64,000 bases of DNA from assembly GCF_009914755.1 (NCBI RefSeq), contig NC_060925.1. One strand, 5' to 3'. The notes under the pieces were generated by a model. It was not told the DNA's origin, made no database searches, and worked only from the letters and a program-made list of their open reading frames with translations. Source of the DNA: the human T2T-CHM13v2.0 reference genome, Homo sapiens. A program made the position numbers and the translations under genes. Positions 39,591 to 53,824 of the stretch are shown here, one piece after another (within the stretch, counting starts at the first letter, position 1; each line of letters begins with the position of its first letter).

Positions 39591-40099
39591 TTACCTCTAA
39601 GAAATGATAAACATTTGAAGTGATGAATATGCTAATTACCCTAATTTGATCATTGCATAATGTATACATGTATCAAAATGTCATACCCTATCCCTTAAAC
39701 ATGTACAATTATTGTGTGTCAATTAAAAATCAAATAAAACTGTTTTAAAAGTTTAAGACAGAAAAATATATATATTTTTTTAAAATCAAGTGTCCTAACC
39801 AAAAGGGAGAAAGCAGGAGTTTGGGGGAGCATTGGCCTTTGTCTCCCTACAAGAGCTTATTCTCGAGAGAAGGCTCAAAGTACTTGCTGTGATGCATCTC
39901 AGAGCCTACCAATTCCACCCAGAACTCAACAAATGAAAAAACTGTCACATGGTGTGTATGTCAGAGTCCAAGGACCCATAGGGGATTTGATTCAGTGCTC
40001 ACCAGATCAAACATTGAAGCAGGCACCTCACTAGTCTTTAGCAAAACGAGTTGGCTCAGCTCATAGATTCTTGCCCAAAGGGGTCATCTTAAATTGTTT

Positions 40100-41700
40100 T
40101 CTTGATATGCATGTGTTGAACCATCCTTGCATCCCTGGGATGAATCCCACTTTATCATGGTAAATGACCTTTTTAATATACTATTGGATTCAGTTTGCTA
40201 GTATTTTGTTGAGAATTTTTGCATCTATGTTCATTACAAAGATTGGCTGGTGATTTTCTCTTTTTATTGTGACCTTGTCTGGTTTTGGTGGCAGGGTAAT
40301 GCTGGCCTTGAAGAATGAGTTAGGAAGAATTCCTTCCTCTTCAAACTTTTTGGAATAGTATGAGAAAAATTGGTTTTAGTTCTTTAAAAGTTTGGCAGAA
40401 TTCAGCAGTGAAGGCATCTGGTCCTGGGATTTTCTTTGTCAGGAGACTTTTTGTTATTGATTCCATCTGATTACTTGATATTGGTCTGTTCAGATTTTCT
40501 GTTTCTCCTTAGTTCAATCTTGGTAGGTTATACATGTCCAGAAGTGGATCCATTTCCTTTATGTTTTTCAATTTGTTAGCCTATAGCTGTTCATTATACA
40601 CTCTTATGATCTCCTGTACTTCTGGGATGTCAGTTGTAATGTCTCCATTTTTGTTTCTGACTTTATTTATTTGGATCCTCTCTCTTTTTTTCTTAGTCTA
40701 GCTAAAGTTTTGTTGATTTTGTTCATCTTTTCAAAGAGTCAACTTTTCATTTCGTTGATCTTTTATATTGCTTTTTAGTCTCAGTTTTGTTTAGCTTGGC
40801 CATGATTTTATTATTTTTTTTCCTCCACTAGTTTGGGATTTAGTTTGTTCTTGCTTTTCTAGTTTTTAAGGTGCATCACTGTGTTGTTAATTTGAAGATT
40901 TTCTACTTTTCTGATGTAGGCACTTATTGCTATAAACTTTCTTCTCAGCACTGCTTTCACTATATCTCATAGGTTTTTGTATGTTGTGTTTCTATTTTCA
41001 CTTGTTTCAAGAAATTTTTTTACTTCCTTCTTAATTTTTTCATTCACCCAATCGTTGATCAGGAGCATGTTGTTTAATTTCCATGTATTTATAGGGTTTC
41101 CAAAGTTCCACTTATTATTGTTTTCTAGTTTTATTTCATTATCATCTGAAAAGATATTTGATATGATTTTTCTTTTTTTTAGAATTTGTTGAGAATTGTG
41201 TTGTGGTGTAATATATGGTCTATTCTGGAGAATGTTCCATGTGCTAATGAGAAAAATGTGTATTCTGTGGCTGTTGGATTAAATGTTCTATAAATATCTG
41301 TTAGGTCTGTTTGATCTACAGTGAAGTTTAAGTCTGATGTTTCTTTGTTGATTTTCAGTTTAGGTGATCTGCCCAATGCTGAGAGTGGGGTAAACTCCCC
41401 TAACATTATCGTATTTTGGTCTATTTCTTTCTTTAGCTCTAATCATGTTTGCTTTACATGTCTGGTTGCTCCAGTGTTGGGTGCATATATATTTACAATT
41501 GTTATGTTCTCTTGCTGAGTTGATCCCTTTATCATAATGTAATGACCTTCTTTGTCTCTGTGTTTTTAGACTTGTAGTCTATTTTATCTGATATAAATAT
41601 AGCTATTCTTGCTTGCTTTGGGCTTCCATTTGCATGGAATATCTTTTCTTCATCCCTTCACTTTCAGTCTATGTGTATCTTTACAGGTGAAGTGAGTTTC
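40100..41700 (-). mobile_element. L1 ORF2 segment (endonuclease to early RT); inverted 5' part of a twin-primed L1
   Basis: ORF 41179-41406(-) LGEFTPLSAL...DLTDIYRTFNPTATEYTFFS.AHGTFSRIDH is the L1 endonuclease. Confidence 0.92.
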
Positions 41701-43519
41701 TACAGTGAAAAGTACAAAAGATTGATGAAAGAAAATACCAAAAAATGGAAAGACATCTTGTTTTCATGGATTGAAAGAATTAGTATTGTTAAAATGACCA
41801 TACCCAAAGTGATCTACAGACTCAATACAATTTCTATTGAAATACCAATCACACTCTTCACAGAACTAGAAAAACAGTTCTAAAATTCATACGGAGCCAC
41901 AAAAGACCACAAATAGCCAAAAAAATTCTGAGCAAAAAGAACAAAGCTGGAGACATCACACTACTTGACTTCAAAATATACTACAATGCCATAGTAACTG
42001 AAACAGCATGGTACTGGTATAAAAACAGAGACATAGTCCAACTGAACAAAATAGAGAACCCAGAAACAAACCCACATATTTGTAGCCAACTGATTTTCAA
42101 CAAAGTCACCAAGAACATGCACTGGAGACAGGACATCTTCTTCAATAAATGGTTCTGGTAAAACCATATATACATATGTAGAAGTATGAAACTAGACCCC
42201 TATCTCTCATCATATACAAACATTGACTCAAAATGGAATAAAGACTTAAATGTAAGTATAAAATTAATAAAAGAAAACCTGAAAAACACATTGGTCTATG
42301 CAAAGATTTTATAGGTAAGACTTCAAAAGTACAGGCAACAAAAGCAGAAAAAGACAAATGGGATTATATCAAACTAAAAAGCTTCTGCACAGCAAAGGAA
42401 GCAATCAAGAGAGGGAAGAGACAACCTACAGAATGGGAGAACATGTTTGCAAACTATTCATCCAACAAGGGATTAATATCCAAAATATATAAGGAACTCA
42501 AACAACTCAACAGCACAAAAAGCAAATAATCAGATTTTAAAATGGGCAAAGGATCTGAATAGATATTTCTCAGAAGAAGGCATACAAATGATCAACAGCA
42601 TATTTTTTAAATGCTCAACATCACTGATCATCAGGGAAATGCAAATCAAAACCACAATAAAATATTATCTCACCCTAGTTAGAATGGCTATTATAGAAAA
42701 GACAAAAAATAACAAATGTTGGCAAAAATGTGGAGAAAAGGGAACTCTTATACACTGTTGGTGGAAATGCAAATTAGTACAGCCATTATGGAAAACAGTA
42801 TGGAGGTTTCTCAAAAAACTAAAAATAGAATTACTGTATGATCCAACAATACCACTACTAGGTATTTCTCCAAAAGGAAGGAAACTAGTATATCAAGGAC
42901 ATATCTGCACCCCCATGTTTATTGCAGCACTATTCACAATAGCCAAGATATGATATCAACATAAGTATCCATCAACAAATGAATGGATAAAGAAAATGTG
43001 GTGTATATATACACAATGGATTACCATTCAGCCATAACAAAGAATGAAACCCTGCTGTTTCCAGCAACATGTATGAACCTGGAGGACGTTATGTTAAGTG
43101 AAATAAGTCAGGCACAGAAAGATAAGGACCACATGTTCTCACTCATATGTGGAAAATAAAGTTCATAGAAGAAGAGAGTAGAACTGTGGTTATTAGGGGC
43201 TAGGAAAGGTAGGGGAAAGGAGAGGATAGAAAGAGGTTTGTTAATGGATGCAAAATTACAGCTAGATGGGAGAAATAAGTTCCAGCTTTCTATAGCACTG
43301 TAGGGTGACTACAGTTAACAATAATTTATTGTATATTTTTGAACAGCGAGAAGAGAGGATTTTAAATCATCCCAACACAAAGAAATAATAAGTATTTGAG
43401 GTGATGGATGTGCTAATTACCCAATTTGATTATTTTACATTATATATATGTAACAAAATATCACTCTGTACCCCATAAATATGTACAATTATTATGCATC
43501 AATTAAAAATAAAAAATTT
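41701..43519 (+). mobile_element. L1MA-type ORF2 C-terminus plus 3' UTR
   Basis: ORF 42588+ [15 protein letters not shown]...HCWW...[10 protein letters not shown]; A-rich tail near 43505-43516. Confidence 0.92.
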
Positions 43520-44597
43520 AAATTGCTTTATTAATTAACACATAACTGATTTCTCTCAGCCCCTGTTTATCACCTTCAGGATTTTGCAACAAAAGCAATA
43601 GGAAAGAGACTCTGGAAATATGACAAAGTAGGAAGCACCAGGAATCTCTCTCCCCACCCAGACAACAATTGCACTGACAGAATCAGTCTGATGTAACTAT
43701 TTTGGAACTCCAGCAACTATAGAAGGCTTGCAATTTTCAGGGGAAGGCTTGCAGGGTACATTGCAGTTAATTTCAGTCCATTTCAGTTTGTAGAGCAGTA
43801 GCAGCTACCCACCCTTCATCACCAGCCCGTTGGTTGCAGGTATGCATGTGTTACTGGAACAGCTTGTACACAGCTAGTGGAAGAGAGAGTGAGCAAAAAG
43901 GACTCTAAAAATATCAGGAATCTGTGCTCTGATTCCTGATTTCTGCTTCCGATCACAGAGTGCAAAGAGGCCGTGTTCATTATTGCTGCACCTCCCCTGA
44001 TTAATGTAAGTCCCTCCCGCTCTGGCTGACGTGACCTCCAGGGGATTTAAAGGACTGGCACCCTTTTCTCCCTTAGTTTTCTCTTTTTCCCCTTTTGGGA
44101 GCCAGATATTACAGATTAAGTTATTTAAAAACAACTGCATATACAGGATAATTAGAAAGTGACCATGCATTCCCAGGTAAAGGCGATGGCTCTGCAAAGA
44201 TCTGAGAAGACCCTAAGTTTACACCTCAGGATAATCCTTGGCACAGAGACAGCCACCAACAGTAAAAAAAATAAATAAAATAAAAAAATAATAACAAAAC
44301 ACCAAACCATGGGGAAGGGAGAGAATCTGATTTCCAGAGTTGCCACATTACTATGCTCAAATGTCCAGTTTTCAACCAAAAAAAAAATCAGAAGTTATAT
44401 AAAGAAACAGGAAAGTACAGTCCACTCAAAGGAAAAAATAAATCAACAGATACTGCCCTTTCCTGAAAAAGAACTGAGTGCAAATCTACCAGACCATCTT
44501 TAAGAACTGTCTTAAACATACTCAAAGAATTAAAAGATGTGGAGAAAGTAAAGAAAATGATGTATGAGAGGAAATATCAATAGAGATAGGAAACCTA

Positions 44598-44978
44598 TGC
44601 AGCCATAAAAAAGGATGAGTTCATGTCCCTTTGCAGGGACATGGATGAAGCTGGAAACCATCATTCTCAACAAACTATCACAAGGACAGAAAACCAAACA
44701 CCGCATGTTCTCACTCATAGGTGGGAATTGACATGTTCTCACTCATAGGTGGGAATTGAACAATGAGAACACTTGGACACAGGGCAGGGAACATCACACA
44801 CTGGGGCCTGTCAGGGGGTAGAGGGCTGGGGGAGGGATAGCATTAGGAGAAATACCTAATGCAAATGACAAGTTGATGGTTGCAGCAAACCAACATGGCA
44901 CATGTATACCTATGTAACAAACACATACCCTACAACTTAAAGAACAACAATAACATAAAAAATTTAAGAAGAAAAAAA
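44598..44978 (+). mobile_element. 5'-truncated L1PA (L1PA5-7-like) 3' end
   Basis: ggatgagttcatgtccctttgcagggacatggatgaagctggaaacc...ggagggatagcattaggagaaatacctaat; TSD aggaaaccta (44588-44597, 44979-44988). Confidence 0.9.
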
Positions 44979-47526
44979 AGGAAACCTAAAAAGAAGCCAA
45001 AAAGAATTTTTGGAGCTGAAAATGCTCAAGACAGTCATGCAAAGTGAAAGGAAAATACACTAAACAGTAACTCAAAGCCACATAAAGAAATACCTACTTC
45101 AATGAAGGTAAATACATATGCAATTATAAGAGACAGTATTACTGTAACAATGTTTTGTAACTCCACTTTCTGTTTTCTAGGTAACTTAAGAGACTAATAC
45201 ATTTTTTAAAAATTATTAGTCCAAAAGCTAGTTTATTGTAACTTTAGTTTGTAACTCTGTTTTGTTCCCTACATAAGTTAAGGGATTAAGGCATTTAAAT
45301 TAATGATTAGCTTATATTTTTAGGCACACAATGTATATAGATGTAATATTGTAACATCAACAACCAAAAGGGGTGGAGATAGATCTGTAAGGGCAGAGTT
45401 TTTGTATGTTACTGAAGTTAAACAAATAAAAGTTCAAATTAGACTATTATAACTTTAGTACGTAAAATACAATCTTTACAGTATCCACAGAAAAAACAAC
45501 TGTAGAGTATACACAAAGGGAAGTAAAAAAGGAATTTAAACACTTTCCTGCAAAAAAACTCAACTAAACACAAAAGAAGATAGTGATACAGAAGAAGGGA
45601 CAAAACAGCTATAAGTCATATAGAAAACTAATAGCAAAATGACATAAATAAATCCTTTCTTATCAGGAATTACTTCAAGTGTAAATGAATTAAACCCTCC
45701 AATAAAAAGACCACAGAACAGTAAAATGGATAAAAATACATCATTGAACTATATGCTGTTTACAAGAGACTTGCTTTATATCTAAAGATACAAATAGGTA
45801 GAAAGTAAAAGGATGAAAAAGATATTTCATCAAATAATAACCAAGAGAAAGCAGGAGTGGCTATAATATCAGACAAAATATACTTTAAATAAAAAAAATT
45901 ACAAAAGACACAGAAGGACATCATATATTAATTAAATGTTTAATGCAGCATGTAAATATGACAATCATAAACAATGATTAACCTAATAGCAGACCACCAA
46001 AATATATAAAGCAAAAACAAATGGAACTGAAGGGGAAATAGTTCTACAGTAACAGTTGGAGACTTCAATACCTCACTCACAATAATGAATAGAATAATAA
46101 GTAGGATGGAAGGTAAGTAAGGAAACTTACTTAAGGGGCTTCAACAACAAAATACCAATTAGATCTAATGGACTTATACAGAACGTACTATCCAACAACA
46201 ACAGCCTACACATTCTTTTCAAGTGCATATGGGACATTTTCCAGGGCAGGCCATATATCAGGTCAACAAAGTAAGTCTCAATAGATTTCAACAGATAAAT
46301 ATCATACAAAGTATTTTCTCCACCACAATGAGATGAAGTTAGAAATCATAATAGAAGTAAAACTGGAAAATTCACAAATATGTGGAAAAGTAACACACCT
46401 CTCAACAACAAATGGATCAAAGAAAAAGTACAAGGTAAGTTAGAAAACACTTAGAAAAAAACATGAAAATGAAAACACAATATACCAAAACTTGTGGGAC
46501 ACAGCAAAAGCAGTATGAAGGGGAAAATTTGTAGTTATAAATGCTTATATTAAAAACAAGAATGATCTCAAATCAACAACCTAACTTTACAACTTAAGGA
46601 ATTAGAAAAATAAAAACAAAGTAAAGTCAAAGCTAGCAGAAGGAAGGAAATAAGATTAGAACAAAGCTAAATGGGATAGAGACTAGAAAAATAGATAAAA
46701 ATCAATGAAACCACAAGATCAACAAAATTGACAAAACTTTAACTAGACAGATTAAGAAAACAAAGAGAGAAGACTCAAATTACTAAAATCAGAAATGAAA
46801 GTGGGGACATTACTACTCAATCTGCAGAAATAAAAAAGATTATAAGAGAGTACTATGAACAACTGTATGCCAACAAATTGGATAATCTGGATGAAATGAA
46901 CAGATTCCTAGAAATACACAACCTACAAAGACCAAATAATGAAGAAATTGAAAATCTGAATAGATCTGAAACTAGCAAGAAAATTGAGACAGTAATCAAA
47001 ATTCTCCTGACAAAGAAAAGCCCTGGAGTTGATGGCTTCACTGGTGAATTCTACCAGCCATTTGAAGAAGAGTGAATACCAATTATTCTCAAACATTTTC
47101 AAAAAATTGGAGAGGAGGGAATGCCTCTTAACTCATTCTACAGCCAGCATTACTGAAACTGGAAGTTCTAGCCAGAGAAATTAGGCATGAAAAGAAATCA
47201 AAGCCATCCAAATTGGAAAGAAAAAATAAAGTTATCTTTTTTGGGGGATGATATAATCTTATATGTAGAAAACCTGCAAAGATTCCACAAAAATCTGTTA
47301 GAAGTAATAGATGAATTCAGCAAACTTTCAGGGTACAAAGTCAACACACACAAAAATATCAGTTGCATTCCTTTATTTCAGCAACGAACAACCTGAAAAG
47401 AATTTTTTAAATCCCGTTTACAATAGCATCAAAAAGAATAAAATATTTAGGAATTAAGGAGGTGAAAGACTTGTACAATAAAAACTACAAATGCATTGCT
47501 GAAAGAAATTAAAGAAGACATAAATA

Positions 47527-50214
47527 CAGTTGAGCTTTGAACAACACAGGTTTGAACCGTACGGGGTCACTTTTATACAGGAATTTTCAAAAACAAGTAC
47601 GTCAGAAAATTTGTTGAAGATTTGTGATAGTTTGAAAACACAGACAAACCACATAGCCTAGAAATATTGAAAAATACTGAAAAATTAATTAGGTATGTTA
47701 TGAATGAATAAAATACATGTAGCTACTAGTCTATTTTATCATTTACTACCATAAAATATACATAAATTTATTACAAAAAGTTAAAATTTATTAAAATTTA
47801 CACATACAAACAGACTTATATGGTATTTACATGGTGCTATTCACAGTTGAGAAATGTAAACAAATGTAAATATGTAATATTCAATCACGACTGCATAAAA
47901 TTAACTATAATAATACTGTACTATTGTGATAGTTTTGTAGCCACCTCCTGTTGCTTTTGCAGTGAACTCAAGAGTATCCATCCACTTAAAATGTTATGTG
48001 ACATTATTCATCTCTGTATGAGCAGTTTATCTCTCCAGTAAATTGCATATCTCAGTAAAGTGTGATAATTTGTGGTTCTTACTTGTTTTTCATCTCATTT
48101 AGTGCAATACTGTAAACCTTGAATAACACTATGGGACCCATACAACGTGCCACTATGTTAGAAGTGTTCCCAAGAAGCAGAGAAAAGTCATGACATTACA
48201 GGAAAATGTTGAATTGCTTGGTAATGTACTGTAGATTAAGCTCTGCAGCTACCGTTGCCCTCAATTTCAAGATAAATGAATTCAGTATAAGGACCATTGT
48301 AAATAAAGAAAAAGAAATTCACTGCAGCTAGGCTAGAAGGAATGAAAATCTTGAACTTTTTGCAAAATATCTTTTTATCCTATTTTGAAAATGCAGCTTT
48401 TATCTGGGTGCAGGATTGCTATAAGAAAGGTATATCTATACACTATCATAAGTCAAAAAAATGAAGCCATTATACGACAACTTAAAGCAAAAAGAAGGTG
48501 GAGGATCTAAACCTGCAGAATTTAATGCCAGAAAAGGATGGTTTGATAATTTTAGAAAGAGGTTTGGCTTCGAAAATGTCAAGATAACAGGAGAAGCAGT
48601 TTCTGCCAACCAAGAAGCAGCAGACAAGTTCCCAAACACCATTAAGAAAATCACTGAGGAGTAAGAATATATGCCTGAACCAATTTTTAATGCAGACAAA
48701 AGTGCCCTGTTCTGGAAAAAAAAAAATGCCACAAAGGACATTCATTAATAAGGAAGAGAAGTGAGTGGGAGGATTTAAGACAGGAAGGGATAGGCCATCT
48801 CTACTGTTTTGTACAAATCAAGTTGGATTTATGACCAGGTCTGCCCTTATCTATAAAGCTGCCAATCCCCCAGCCTTGAAGGGAAACATTAAACACCAGC
48901 TGCCAGTCTTTTGGTTGTACAACAAGAAGGACTGGAAAATGAGAACATTTTTTCCTGGATTGGCTTCATTGATGCTTTGTCCCTAAAGTCAGGAAATACC
49001 TTGCCAGTAGGAGACTGCCTTATAAAGTTATTTTGATATTGAACAATGCCCCTGGCCACCCAGAATCCCAGGAGTTCAACACTGAAGGCACTGGAGTGGT
49101 GTACTGCCCCCAAACAAAGTGCCTCCCCTTCAGCCTCTAGATCGGGAGGTCATAAGGATCTGTAGGCTCATTACACACAGTACTCTATGGAAAGGATTAT
49201 CAATGCTACAGAAAAGAATACTAACAGAGGGAACATCATGAAGGTCTGCACCATTGAAGAGGCCAACATTGTTATACAAAAAGTTGTGAAAACTATCAAG
49301 CCTAAAACAATGAATTCTTACTGGAGACAATTGTGTCCAGATGTTGTGCCTGACATCACAAGATTCACAAGAGAGTCAATCAGGGAAATTAAGAGATTGT
49401 GGATATGGCAAAAAAAAAAAAGTAGGTGTAAAGGGTTTCAAGATATAGACTTGGAGAAATTCAAGAGCTAATAGACATCATGCCAGAGGAATTAACAGAA
49501 GTCGACTTGAAGGAGATGAGTGCTTCTGAACCAGTGCCAGACCATGCAGAAGATAATGTAGAAGAAGTAGTGCCAAGAAACAAATTAACATTGGACGATC
49601 TGGCAGAAGGGTTCTGATTGTTCAAGACAGCTTCTGTTTTTTTTTTTTTTTTCTTTTTTAAGACCTGAGCCCTTCTATGATACAGGCACTAAAACTAAAG
49701 CATACGGTGGGAAAAGGATTGGTACCATATAGAAACATTTTTAAAGACATGAAAAAGCAAAAGAGTCAGATAGAAATTACAACGTATTTCCATAAAGTTA
49801 CACCAAGTGTGCCTGTCTTTCTTCTCTTGCCTCCTCTTCCATCTCTTCCATATCTGAGATAGCAAGACCACCCTCTCCTCTTCCTCCAGCTCCTCAGCCT
49901 ACTCAACATGAAGACAAGGATGAAGACCTTTATGATAATCCTCTTCTACTTAGTGAATAGTAAACACATTTCCTCTTCCTTATGATTTTCTTAGTAACAT
50001 TTTCTTTTCTCTAACAGCTTACTTTATTGTAAGAATGCATAATGCATACCACCTACAAAATTTGTGTTCGTTGAATGTTTATGTTATCAGTAAGGCTTCC
50101 ACTCAGTAGTTGGGTATTAGTGGCTAAGTCTTTGGGAAGTAAAAAGTTATGCATGGATTTTTGACTGCATAGGAGGTCAGCACCCCAACTCTAATGTTGT
50201 TCAAGAGTCAATTG
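47527..50214 (+). mobile_element. near full-length Tigger2 (pogo/TcMar) with decayed transposase
   Basis: TIRs cagttgagctttgaacaaca / tgttgttcaagagtcaattg, TA duplication on both sides, 2688 bp; CENP-B-like HTH (FNARKGWFDNFRKRFG) and DDE-domain remnants. Confidence 0.92.
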
Positions 50215-51814
50215 TAAATGGAACACATCTCGTATTTATGGATTTGAAGTCTTAACATTGTTAAGATGTCAGTACTACCCAAAGTGACCTACAGATTCAA
50301 CATAATCCCTATCAGCGTCTAGATGATGCTTTCTGCAGAAATAGAAAACCCCATCCTAAAATTAAAATGGAATCTCTAGGGACCCTGAATAGCCAAAATA
50401 ATCTTGAAAAATAAGAGAAAGCTGGAGGACTTACATTTCCTGTTTTCAAAACCTATTACAAAGCTACAGTCATCAAAATAATGTGGTACTGGCATAAAGA
50501 CAGACATATAGACAAATAGAATAGAGAGCCCAGAAATAGACGCTCACATATATGATGAAATGATATTTTACAAGGATGCCAAGACCATCCAATGGGGAAA
50601 GGATGGTCTATTCAACAAATGGTGTTGGTAAAACTGGATATTCACATGCGAAAGAATGAAGTTGGACCCTTACCTATAACCATATACAAACAATAGCTTA
50701 AAATGGTCTAAGACCTAAATGTAAGACCTGAAAATACAAAACTCTTAGAAGGAAACAGGGGAAAAGCTTCACAACATTGGATTTGGCAGTGATTTCTTGG
50801 ATATGACACCAAAGGCACAGGCAACAAAAGAAAAAAAATAGACAAATTGAACTTCATAAAAAATTTTGTACATCAAACGACAGTATCAACAAAGTAAAAA
50901 AAAAAACAACTCATAGAATGGGAGAAAATATTTGAAAATCATATATCTGATAAAGGATCAATATACAGAATATAGAGAGCTCCTAAAACTCAACAAAAAC
51001 ACAACAACAAAAACAAAAAAACCTAACTCAAAAATGAGCTAAGGACTTGAGTAAACATTTATCCAAAGAAGATATACAAATGGCCAATAAACACATAAAA
51101 ATGCTCAACATCCCTAATCATTAGGGAAATGCAAATTCAATGAGATACATCTCACACCCATTAGGATGGTTACCATCTAAAAAGCAGAACATGAGAAGTG
51201 TTGATGAGGATGTGGAGAAATCGGAACTCTTGTGCGCTGTTGGTGGGAATATAAAATGTTATATATATACTATGAAAAACAGTATGATAGTTCCTCAAAA
51301 AATTAAAAATGGAAATAACATATAATCCAGAAATTCCGTTTTTTGTTACTTATTCAAAAGAAGTAAAAACAGAGCCTCTAACAGATATTTGACACCCATG
51401 TTTATAACCGCATTATTCATGATAGCTAAAATGTGGAAGCAACACAAGTGTCCATGGACAGATGAATGAATAAACCCAATGTGGTGTGTACATGCAATGG
51501 AATATTATTCAGTCTTAAAAAGGGAAGGAAATTTTGACACATGGTACAGCCTGGATGAAGCTTCAAGACATTATGCTAAGTGAAATAAAACAGTCATAGG
51601 CGGAGAAATTCCATTTATATGATATCTCTAGAATGCTCAAATTCAGACACATGAAAATCCAGCTACCTGTCAGCCCCAGAGGAGTGAGGGCCAACCTTAG
51701 TGCCCCAGGGCTCTGGTGTTTTCCCTAATCAGTACCTCAGGGCTCTCCAAGAGCTGTTGTAGAAAATGCCTCTGGAGGTCTCAAGAACAAACCCCCTCCA
51801 GGATCAGAAAAGCC

Positions 51815-51990
51815 TGGGGCGGTACTCCCCACAGGGCCATTGTCTGGCTGTGCAACAGTAGGTAGGTGACTAACCCACTCTGTGCCTCAACTTCCTCAGC
51901 CGGTAACAGGGTGGTAACAGCACCTGCCTCCTGCCACGCTGAGGACACTGAGATGAGCAAGTGCAGTGCTTGGTCACCGCCCCGTCAGTG
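51815..51990 (+). mobile_element. MIR
   Basis: gtgactaacccactctgtgcctcaacttcctc...taacagcacctgcctc. Confidence 0.5.
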
Positions 51991-53824
51991 TGACTTTTTT
52001 TCATCATCCACCCTCATCTCCTGGCAGGCAGGGACCCCAAGGGTGGAGGATTACCTTGCTGACACAGGAACAAACATTCCCTGCATCTGTGACTTTGCAA
52101 ACGTATCAGGAACCACAAGGACCTGGAATTGTTCCAAGTGCTACAGTGAGTGAGTCATAAAAAGCAGACATAATTCTCCTAACACCTGCCTGCTGTGTGC
52201 TCTGCACGTGCCAGGAGGGGCTGGAGGAAGAGGAGTGTCTACTCACCAAGGAGGGGCCAGTGTCTCTCTGTTTCATGAGCTGGGAGTTTTGAAGGCTGAG
52301 ATTGCAGAGGAGGCGGGAAACAGTGTCAAAAAAGGAAAATGGACATTATAGTAAAGTGCTGGACAGTTTCCAAGGCTTTTCACGCGCTTGTTCTCCTTGA
52401 TCCTCGCCCCATGCTCAAGAGAGGAACAGCATGGGTGTCCTCATTTTGCAGAAGAGGAAACTAGGGCTCAGAGACTACCAGAACAAAGCTGACTGGTGCT
52501 GGGCTCCTACCATGCTCCATGACACTTTGATGGGCCTTCATCTTTCTATCAATAGTTGGCCTCTAACAGCGCCAACTATTAATAGAAAGGGCCGAGCTAG
52601 ATGGAAATTTGCTCTGCTCAGTGGTACACATTCAGATGGACTCTGCAGGCTCAGAGATTGGACCAAGAAATGGGGAGTGGGGGTCTGGAGGTGCTACCCC
52701 ATCCATCACTGTTCCCAAAGCAGTATGTTCCAGAATCTTCTGCTTGGCCCAGCCACTTGCCAGGCACCTCTCTGAGTCCTATCTGAAAGGTACTGGGTCT
52801 TCCTGTCCCCAGAACAGGGAGGCAGGGATGGGATGGTTTCTGTTCTGAAACTCAAATCCTTGGCCCTTTACACTCAGTTGGTTACTGATACAACTGCTTC
52901 GCCAAGCCAAGCAACCAGCTGAGTCTTCACCCCATTCAGAGGTTGGGAAGCTGGCTCTGAGTCACCTGAAGGTTCAGAAATCATCTGGGAGGAGGGGATG
53001 TTGTGGGTTCATTCTCTAGAAACAGGCCCTGAGATAAAGGGTCTGTGTGCTTTCAGGAGAATGTGGTCTGGAAATAAAGGTGGAGAGGGGAAGCAGGGTA
53101 GGAAGGAGTGCTGGTCCAGCATGGTGCCCTCTCAGGCACAGCCCCAATATCAGCAGATCATACAAGGAAGTTTGGAGTGGAAGTTATACCTCAAGAGGTT
53201 GTTACAGCTCAAGATGAGGGAACTGGGCAGGTCTCCCTCTCCAGCTGTTGGCCATTGGAATAGGGCCACCCTGGGGAACATGTCCTTCCCGGTGTCTCAG
53301 GCTTCTACACCTGTGGCAAGGGGCTCCCAGGGCCCAGGTGGAGAGGAGAGCCCAGGGCAGGTACATGGGGCCAGGGACACCCACACTAGAACAGTGAGGG
53401 TATCTGAGGGCCCTGGGATGAGCAGACTCTGCCTCCCCTCCCCAGCTGCGCTGACTGGGACCTGTTCTCCAGGGGTAGGGTTGTTCTAGAGTCCCTTGAT
53501 CCAGAAAAAGTAGATGACAACACCCAGTTGCAAAGAAGGAAGAGACAGCCCATGCTCACACTTGAAGACAGAGACTGAGGAAGGATTGGACCAACAACAA
53601 GTGACCAGACTTTCTCCTCCACCCCAGCTTCACAATCTTCAACAAGCCTGGTTAAGAGACCAAAATGTGAGTGAAACCCAAACCCACCCACTTAGTCTCA
53701 TAATAGCTCATTCCATCAATATCACCAGACACTCACTATGTGTGTAATGTCAGGGCATCATGACAGATACAATGCAGCTATCTGTAAAGGAAAAAAATAG
53801 TTTTAAAATGTTTTTAAAGTACAT

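Larger units (their letters stand above)
38255..39745 (+). mobile_element. L1MA-type 3' end, interrupted at 38782-39590
   Basis: ccatgtttattgcagcattattcacaatagccaagata...aaattctagtgttccattgcacagtagg...aaacatgtacaattattgtgtgtcaattaaaaat. Confidence 0.88.
43590..51640 (+). mobile_element. old near full-length L1M (L1MB-like), internally deleted; hosts an L1PA fragment and Tigger2
   Basis: 5'UTR-like start, ORF1-like A-rich region, ORF2 remnants (KKSPGVDGFTGEFYQ at 46878+; LSFLGDDIILY at 47187+), ORF2 resumes at 50215. Confidence 0.85.

Noticed and set aside
48461-49862. Transposase ORFs as a TIGD-like gene
   Set aside because: Fragmented by stops and frameshifts, and still bounded by TIRs
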